Source of the DNA: Octopus vulgaris
Lineage: Eukaryota
Length of the DNA: 64,000 bases
NCBI GenBank assembly: GCA_951406725.2
Contig: OX597822.1
Span: 4,402,001 to 4,466,000, forward strand
Direction of reading: 5' to 3'
Positions 55,234 to 64,000 of this stretch are shown here, in pieces; positions within the stretch are counted from its first letter, which is position 1, and each line of letters opens with the position of its first letter. The translations under genes and the position numbers were made by a program. Below the pieces are notes generated by a model. The model did no database searches and was not told the DNA's origin. It saw nothing but the letters and a program-made list of their open reading frames with translations.

Positions 55234-58200
55234 CTGGAAACAATTCAAAAAAGCAAAAAGTTATTCAGCCAGGAATTAGGTCAGAGAAATGTGAAATAAA
55301 AAAAAACACACTTATGAGGATTAAATAAGAAAAAAAGTGAATAATAATAATAATCATAATGAGAGCATATTAAGAATAAATTTCGTTTTTGGATTTGGTT
55401 TGCAAGATTCTTTATATGAGTTCATGTGTTGAAGCATATTCTGTTGTGTCTGGAGAGAGTCATTTTCTTTTTGTGCCTTATTATTAACACACTCACTGGT
55501 AAAATTTCCACTTTTTTCTTATTTTTATTTTCCTAAAATTTTCGTTGCGTTTTGCAACCTTTTCAATAGTCTTGACTCTGTCCGTTATTTACATTGCGTT
55601 CCTTTTTGTTTGTTTGCATGTGTGTGGGTTTGCATGTGTATGTATGTGTGTGTGCCTATACGTGCATGCATGTACGTATGTATGTGTGTGTGTGTGTGGG
55701 TTTGCATGTGTATGTATGTGTGTGCATCTATATTTACGTGCTTGCCTGTCCATGTTTGTGTATTTTCTATGTGTGTGAGCATGCGTTTGTATATATATAT
55801 ATATATATATATATGCACCTCTGTCTCCTTGTGTGTGTGTTATGTAAATATGTACCATGTTTGTATGTATGGATGTGCATTTTTATTTGCGTGGATCCGT
55901 GTCTCCATATGTGTCTGTTCATATAGTCTATATACCTATCCGTCTGTATATTGATTTGTTTATTTACATATCTAAATGCTTACATACAGAAATAAGGGGG
56001 GGGGCATACACACACACTCACACCCACATACATTTATCTACCTAACAGTCCACTAACTATTCTACTCTACTTGTGTAAACTGTGGGTATGGGGGTATGGT
56101 ATTTACTGTGTATATTTCCTATTTAATATTGGGGAAGTTTCATTTATAAGGACGTACTCCCGTATTTGTCTGAGTGTTGGGTCTTTTGGGTGCTTGGATA
56201 AGATGCGGATGTCAAGTTGATCCAAGTTACCTCCATGGTGGTCTTTGACATGTTGGTAGAGTATAGAGGACTGTTTTCTGTTGTCAAATTGTCTTAGATG
56301 TCCATTTATCCGTCCCGCAATGCTCCTAGACGTCTCCCCTATGTACATCATGTCCATGTCCTTACAAGCACCTTCTATGCATCTTATGCTGTAAACTACA
56401 TTTCGAGTTCTACAGTTAATATCAGGGCTAATTCTACATACCATGCAGTTATCATTGGTGCATATGGTATTCTTAAACGGGTACATCCTACATAGTTGTG
56501 ATCTGACGGAGTTCCCTGGCTTTTCAACAATTTTAATGTTGAGTTTGGTCTCCTTCAGAGCTTTTTCTAAATCTACGGGTTAGTTCTCCATGGGCTGTGG
56601 CCTCTACAAACATCACTCCTTGATATTTGTCAGTTTTATACCACGTGTTTGCCCTGTTTGCTTTGTCACAAGTTCTTTGTATTCTATTCCATTCTTTGTT
56701 TCTATATCTAGGGCAGGTACCACTGGTATCATTACGTATATCATCATTGTTTAACGTCCGTTCTCCATGCTAGCATAGGTTCGACCAGGGATCTGGGAAG
56801 CCAGAAGGCTGCTCCAGTCTTGTCTAGCAATGTTTCTACAGCTGGATGCCCTTCCTAACGCCAACCACTCCGTGAGTGTAGTGGGTGCTTTTTACGTGCC
56901 ACCTGCACAGGTGCCAGGCGAGGCTGGCAACGGCCATTATTCGAATTGGTGCATTTTACGTGCCACCGGCACGGAAGCCAGTCAAGGCGGCGCTGGCATC
57001 GGCCACGATTCGGATGGTGCTTTGTACGTACCACCAGTCCCGGGGTCCTGGCATCTGCCAGGTGCCAGTCATAGGATTGGTTCAATTTCGATTTCGATTT
57101 TACTTGCCCCAACAGGTCTTCACAAACAAAGGGGGGTTGGCATGGGTGCCTGTCGTCGGATGAGGTTCGATATCAACTTCGCTTGCCTCAACAGGTCTTT
57201 GTGTGTCCAAGGGAGGAAAGGCATGCATAAGTGGGCTGGACTCACCTGTCCTGCCTGGTCTTCTCACGCACAGCATATTTCCAAAGGTCTCGGTCGCTGG
57301 TCATTTCCTTAGTGAGGCCTAATGTTATCTAATTTCTTTCTAGCCCCCCCCCCCCTGTATACACAAACCCTCAGAAAGATCAATATACAGACGGATAGGT
57401 ATATAGACTATATGAACAGACACATATGGAGACATGGATCCACACATATATTAAAATGCACATCCATACATACATAACACACACACACATATGCACACAC
57501 TCACACACATACATACATAGACACACACACGCGCACAAACAAACAAAAGGGAACGCAGTGTAAATAACGGACAGTCAAAACTATTGAAAATGTTGCAAGA
57601 CACAACGAAAATTTTAGAAAATAAGAAATAAGTGGAAATTTTACTGGTGAGTGTGTTAAATAATAAGGCACAAAAAGAGAATGACTCTCCCCAGACACAA
57701 CAGATTAAGAATAAATGTTTTTCTTCTAAAATGATTGAAAAAGAAATATTTTATCTATATTATTATATAATATTTTTTTACAATTTCTGATAGTCAAAAT
57801 ATTTTAAGAAAAATTTTCTTAAATTAAAAATTATCAATCACAGTTAAAAAAAAAAAAAAGATGAGATATATTCTGGACAGCAGTCAATGCTACTTTTACA
57901 GTTTATCACATAAATGTGTTTGGAAAAATGTAAACTACAAAAGCACTTTACATTATAAATAAATATAAATTTTGAAAAATATATAAGTACAGCACTCTCT
58001 GAACCATTTGAACTAACATGACAGAAATCTTTAAGGAATAATGGTTAAGTGAAAAAGGGTATTTGGAAGCTTTTGAGTTTGGTCCATGTCTGCCTACCCA
58101 CTCGAATTCTAAACCTGGTAATTAAAGTATCTAATTATGAACAAATATCAAATAGTAATATAAATATTTAGGAGAGTTTAAATGTCAGTAAATTCAGTTG

Positions 58201-61200
58201 ATGGAAGGAGTTTCATATTATAAATCTCCAACAATTTTAATGTTCAAACATTTACAAATAACATTTAATTCCAATGAGAGTGAAATGGTTCTCTGGTGTT
58301 TTACAACATAAAATTGTAAGAGGGGAAGAAATCCATGGAAACAAGGAAGAAGACCCCCTCCTTAAAGCACCAGGATTTATCCCCTATCTCAAAAAACATT
58401 TTATGAATTTTGAAAATTGTGTTGTAAGCCTATAATCACTATAAATGGTATTCAATTTCTGGAGCCTCCAGGACTCAGCTCTCAACTCATGGCTTACAGA
58501 TTAATTGTAAGAGATAATCTTCCACAGTTACTTACCGTCTTCCAATGGCTGATACAAGCTCTGTCTGTTCCAGACCAACTTCTTCAAAAGCAGCGAAGAT
58601 GTCAGCTGCTATCATCTGAAAGGAGACATTTAAATTTAGTTTCTGTTGGTGTTAGGAAGGGAATCTAGCCATAGAAACAACGCCTAAAGTAGACATTGGT
58701 GTATGGCACAGTACTCCAACTGGTCAGACCATGTCAAACCGTCCAACCCATGCCATCCCGAGGAATTGGATGTTGTATTATGATGAAAGTGTGAAAACTG
58801 AAGCAAAAAATCTTGAAAAGAATCAAATTACTCCTGGAATTGATCCAGATGTTAACAATGTAACTCTTATTATTAGGGAATGCTGTTATTACCAAACTTT
58901 GCACCAGAGTGAAATAGCTGAGATGTTTAGATATCAGACAACTGAACAAAAGAGTCATGAGTTCAGATCTCAGTCTAGGCCTTCCACTGCAACTCTAGAC
59001 ATGACAGTTATATATTTGCCTCAACTTCTTTAGCTGAATAACAGGTACCAGGATAAGATTTTCCTACCCCTGAGTAGATTTATGTTTTTTCATATAAATT
59101 GGCCAAATGATGGGGAGGGGAGTGATCTTTGTCCTTTGCTTGCTGCTCTCCCACACTGGAGAGATTGATGTAGCTTGATCTTTGGACTGAACATCTGTAG
59201 GAAACAGGAGCTCTGCTCCAAACACTTGTGGACTGAACTGGACTAAAAAAAAACACAAACACCAGACAATGGTGTTAAATTGGATGGTGTGTTTGGACCT
59301 TTTTCACTTGTGTCAAATATGATGATAGATATACAGCCACGTATCCCTTTAATTATAGGATTTGCATAGCAGTGTGACATTACTACGAGCACTATTATTA
59401 ACCTAATACAATCTGCTGGATGGTTGGGTCATCAGCAACTTAAACCCTTTCGCATTCAGACTTCTTTCTCAAATATATTGCTTATTTATTCGCATTGTTT
59501 TGAATGAATCGTGCATTATCTTCTAGCTTCAAGATTTCAATGGTGCATTTGTATATTTATAGAATGACACTGTAGGGTAGGTGAGAAAGGTTAGATATGG
59601 CCAGTTTTAACAAAACAGCAAAATATTTGGGCTGGATATGGCTGGATTGAATTCTAAAGGGTTAACTAGGCTTGGCTGATGAAGAGAGGGAATTTCTGGA
59701 CACTCTAGAGGATGACAAAGACAGGACAGATAAATTCAGAAGAGTCAATGAGTATCCAGTAATGTGTACATACACAGATTAAATACATGTGCATGTATGG
59801 CTATGGACATATTGCCTTTCAATTCAAATGAGGCATGAAAGAAATAGATAATCTTCAACTCCCACAGCTTCAAGTATGTGGCAGCTGATGATGGAGGGCA
59901 AGATAATGTCATGCTGGGTTGGCAGGCATGGTGGAGGGCAAGCATCTGCCTTGTAATTGGATTGACAGAAACTATATGGATGCCTGCTCTGTGCATGTGT
60001 GTTTATGTCCCTGTAATCTAGCAGCTCAGTAGAAATTGAAAGAATAAGGAGCTGAGTTTAAAATAAGTACCGAGATAGATTTGATCTTTTAAAATTCTTT
60101 GAGGCATTTGAAGCATAAAAGAAACACCAAACAAAACCCTGCTGTTGCCACCCATATTGTGGAGGAGGAAAAAAATCACTAAGTACAGGGTCCTGGCTGG
60201 ATGTTATCAGTTTGTGCCACTTGCCATCGAAACTACTGATTTCCTCTGCAAAATAGGGACAGCAGCAGCCCATCGGAGAAATGAGCCCTGCGTGGTGGAG
60301 TGGCTACTGCAGTGAGTGCCACTGGCCATTCTCCACAGCAATGCCATCGCAGTCATTACTGTGGGGTGCAGCTGAGCACCCCACCTGTTCTAGGACATGT
60401 GGGCCATCACCCCCAATCCATTTTCTTTAATTTTTTTTTATCTTTATTTTCTTTCTTTTTCATCTTTTAAAATCAAGAATTGAAATAAAGTTAATTGTAA
60501 TGTCAAAAAAAACCAAAAAAAATCAGAAAAAATAAAAAAAGGTAGGTTGCAACTTACTTCAGACCACTTATGAGAGTAATAAGCGGCTGGATGTTGATCA
60601 GAGAAAATATGGGTGAAAGAGCAAGGATGGGCATCGTCTTCACTGAGAGGTAGTAACATGTAGTCATCCCAGATGCGATTCATTACTTCATGCCAGTGTT
60701 CTTTGCTGGAATTTCGTGAAAAAATAACGGAAAAAAGGATTGATATGAGATGAAAAAGGATAAAGTTATGATATACTAGTAGTATCGCTCGGGTTTGTAA
60801 GGGAAATAACTATATAAGCATTTTTACAGAGTTACTTCCCTTATATAAACCAAGCAAAAAATTCATTAAAAATGCGAAAAAATGATGGTAAATTTTTTTA
60901 TCATCGTAGACGCGCGCTAATACCCAGAAGGGCTCGATATGAATCATGACTATAAGATATCCACTTTTGGTTAAACTGCACCGCAAAATGTGGGAGTACT
61001 TAGGAATCTAAATTGGAGGAGACAGACTCTCACACACACAACTTCAGTTTTATATATAAAGATTATGCAAGTGGTAATGAAGATATTGGAGTTGTGGAGA
61101 TGGCAGGAAGCCTGTTTCAAACTACATTTGATGTTCAAATTTTGCTGATGTTTGGCTTTGTCTTTCATATCTCTAGTGAAATAAGTACCAGTCATATACT

Positions 61201-62175
61201 GGTTTTCATTCGACTGACTGCTTACTCTCCATTCCTACAAAACGTATGACCCTTGTCTTTATATAAAAAATTGCTTTTTGATATATTTGTTCTAATTACT
61301 GTCCTTCTAGGTATCAATTACTATAACTACTCTACTTCTGGGACACTTTAACCTCCAAACACACATCCCAACTTTAACTTGAGGATTTTGAAAAAGGATG
61401 AACATAAAAACAAGATTTCCAGCAAATTCACAAACTTCCCATTTCCTGTCTCAGGCATGAACACCATTTCTCGAGAAGCAGGCCACACGAGACAAGGCTT
61501 ACCCCTAAAAGAATTTAAGGTAATTTTTTTGTTAGGCATGCCATTCACCACCATTATTGCCATGCCCAAAACCATCATTGCAAAAACCACTATTTGATTA
61601 AAGACATGAAGAGAAGGTGTAAATTGAAGCTAAGCACACAATTTCATGTCTGTGTGTCTATGCAAGTAAGTATTGTCCTGAGCCCGAGGACCATGAGGCC
61701 AGTTACAGGTTTTCCATCTTGTACAAGTGACTGTGGCCCCTGAATTGGGTGAGACTATTGCAGAGTTTACAGCTAAGTGAACTGGAGAAAGATGAAATGA
61801 ATTGTTTAGCTCAAGAATATAATGCACCATTCAATCTAGGAAGCAAAACCACAAATGCAACATGTTAACCACTAGGTCATACACCTTCATGTATCTGTGA
61901 AAGAAATGAATATTGAAATGAAGGATTTGTAGGGGTCAGTTTGCCGATATCATTAGCACATTGGCACCAATACTTTGCCGATATCATTAGCATCATCACT
62001 TGGCTGATATCATGAGCACTGTCAGTTTGCTGATATCATTAGCACCATCATTTTGTTGATATGATTGGCACCACATAAGCAGAGAAACTAAGTACTTACC
62101 TGATATATAATTCCATGTCTAATGCACTCAGGTAGAGCTGTCGCATCATATCAAATCCGATCATGTGTTTCTGAC
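55122..62175 (-). CDS. M3-family oligopeptidase A-like protein, last four exons (gene continues beyond window end)
   Basis: Exons 62100-62175, 60558-60705, 58536-58615 and 55122-55233 splice in frame (GT-AG). Protein: QKHMIGFDMMRQLYLSALDMELYIS KEHWHEVMNRIWDDYMLLPLSEDDAHPCSFTHIFSDQHPAAYYSHKWSE MIAADIFAAFEEVGLEQTELVSAIGRR FRDTFLALGGSMSANKIFRMFRGRDPSPDVIKRIWK*. Matches M3A C-terminal motifs (RQL..D..L, F.HIF, YYSY.WAE, GG...F..FRGR.P). Confidence 0.92.
55375..57710 (-). mobile_element. Penelope-like element: GIY-YIG endonuclease remnant between inverted terminal repeats, with nested V-like SINE (about 56740-57325)
   Basis: ORF 56103-56486 CRTRNVVYSIRC...YIGETSRSIAGRINGH...RQIRE...LN; 55440-55955 is an interrupted inverted copy of 57378-57705. 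Confidence 0.85.
58536..58615 (-). CDS. Oligopeptidase A-like exon (80 nt)
   Basis: Encodes MIAADIFAAFEEVGL; canonical splice sites. Confidence 0.9.
59440..59665. mobile_element. piggyBac-type MITE copy
   Basis: ttaaacccttt...aaagggttaa. Confidence 0.7.
60558..60705 (-). CDS. Oligopeptidase A-like exon (148 nt)
   Basis: Encodes CSFTHIFSDQHPAAYYSHKWSE, followed by gtaag. Confidence 0.92.
60776..61062 (-). mobile_element. Non-autonomous Helitron copy (internally deleted)
   Basis: TC start and CTAG end on the minus strand; family of 20257-20651. Confidence 0.82.
62100..62175 (-). CDS. Oligopeptidase A-like exon (76 nt)
   Basis: cag|GT..AG|gtaag on the minus strand; encodes RQLYLSALDMELY. Confidence 0.88.
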
Positions 62176-63254
62176 CTGACAATGACAAATTTTATAAAAA
62201 GTCATATCAGAAATAGAATCAAATTAAATAATTAATATTGGTTTCAAATTTTGGCACAAGGCTAGGATATCAGGGGAGGAACTAAGTCAATTACATTGAC
62301 CACAGTACTCAACTGGTACTTATTTTATAGACCCCAAAAGGATGAAAGGCAAAGTCAACCTTAGCAGAATTTAAACTCAGCAAATTTTCACCCCTCTTTA
62401 TTTTCTAAGCACTCTGCCCGGTGAACTAATGATTCTGGCAGCTCACTGCTTTAATTAGATAATATGATTAATATTAATAATTAAATGGACAAACTGCTAG
62501 AAAATATATAACTTAATCTGAACCAAAAGGAGATGTTGACCTGCTAGAAATAACATTCAAACTTCTTTGAAAGTAGATCCAACCATCTTGGTAAAGGAGG
62601 AGTACAATGGTCAATACCAGGCAAGATAGACAAAAAAGCAGGAGGGCCTTGGTTGGAATGCCTTCTATCATAGATTTGCTAGACTAGGAAAGACCTGCAG
62701 CTAAACAAAAGCCACCATGATATAATTGTATAATTCATTGAACTTTATCATTACAAAGAATGCTGGATGACAGATTCGGGAGAGTGGCAGACTTGCTCAT
62801 TTTGATTACATTCTGAATTCAAATCTTGCCCATGTCAGGTCTGACTTCCATGAATTGATGGTTAATAAAGCAAGTACCAGTCATGTGCTGGGACTAATTT
62901 ACACAACCATACATCTCCCAGCACTTTGACAAAGAACCAAGACACCTGATGCCTTACTGTATTCAAGAAAACCTGTTCTTCACATCAGAATTGATACTAA
63001 TGGTGGTGTCATGTAAAAAGCACCCTTTGTACACTCTGTAAAATGGTTGGCATTACGAAGGGGCATCCAGCCATAGAAACCATGCCAGAACAGATAATGG
63101 AGCGTGGTGCAGCCTCTGACCTTGCCAGGTCCTGTCAAACCACCCAACCCATGCCAGCATGGAAAATAATTAAATGAAATGATACACTGCTTCAAATAAA
63201 AAAAGAAGAAAACACTGCAGTCTATTGTATCGTTAATCATTGATATCAGCAGGA

Positions 63255-63635
63255 GTGGAGGCGCAATGGCCCAGTGGTTAGGGCAGCGGACTCTCAGTCG
63301 TAGGATCGCGGTTTCGATTCCCAGACCAGGCGTTGTGAGTGTTTATTGAGCGAAAACACCTAAAAAGGTCCACGAGGCTCCGGCAGGGGATGGTGGTGAT
63401 CCCTGCTGTTCACAACTTTCTCTCACTCTTACTTCCTGTTTCTGTTGTACCTGTATTTCAAAGGGCCGGCCTTGTCACTCTCTGTGTCACGCTGAATATC
63501 CCCGAGAACTACGTTAAGGGTACACGTGTCTGTGGAGTGCTCAGCCACTTACACGTTAATTTCACGAGTAGGCTGTTCCGTTGATTCGGATCAACCGGAA
63601 CCCTCGTCGTCGTAACCGACAGAGTGCTTCCATCC
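63255..63635 (+). mobile_element. Young full-length tRNA-derived SINE with 12-bp TSD
   Basis: A box tggcccagtggttagg, B box ggtttcgattcc; atatcagcagga at 63243-63254 and 63636-63647. Confidence 0.9.
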
Positions 63636-64000
63636 ATATCAGCAGGAAGAATGAATGTGCAGCTCTGTTGATGAAATAGTTATGAATTCAAATTTTATGA
63701 CAATTATTGTGTTGTATTCATGGGCAATGAACATAAGTGTATAACTGTAGTGTGCTTCAGTTTTACTTAACTGACAAAAGCAGGATGTGTTTGTACTTCA
63801 TTGTTGAATGGTTAACAATAAGAATAACAACCACCTGCAAAAAACCCAGACAGCTTCTGCTCAAATTTATAATGAGAGAAAAGAAAGTTAAAATTAGTCC
63901 ACCATGCAAATATGGAAAAATGACTAAATACAGACAGGAGTTTGCTTTACAACCACATGGTTTTCAGTTTAACCCTCAGATGTTTTCTACTGCAGCCCCA

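Noticed and set aside
59670-59715. Hammerhead-like ctgatga-agaga..tttct-ggaca-ctctagag
   Set aside because: GAAA and the UH site are mutated; at most a dead relic, so it is not counted among the motifs.
63255-63330. tRNA gene
   Set aside because: tRNA-like head continues into a 380-bp body bounded by a 12-bp TSD, so it is a SINE.

Overview
This is eukaryotic, AT-rich, microsatellite-dense DNA. Its SINE, LINE, Penelope and Helitron repertoire suggests a coleoid cephalopod, probably Octopus (inference). Most ORF-track entries are repeat artefacts. Manual splice-site reading recovers three host genes the ORF track misses. Two are tandem 5-coding-exon paralogs on the + strand (12422-29141 and 41581-48757, 173 aa each) of the spermidine/spermine (diamine) N-acetyltransferase SAT1/SAT2 GNAT family. 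Both have intact reading frames but lack the acetyl-CoA-binding RGxGxG loop and the catalytic tyrosine. The third is the last four exons of a convergent M3-family oligopeptidase A-like gene on the - strand (55122-62175). Introns and intergenic DNA hold nested mobile elements: CR1-group, RTE and R4/Dong LINEs, Penelope, mariner, Helitrons, several MITE families and several SINE families. The best leads are the SAT-like pseudoenzyme pair and a set of minimal hammerhead-like motifs, some Penelope-associated, whose 3:8 core pair covaries (C-G, U-A, G-C). All alignments were done by eye; no database searches were run.
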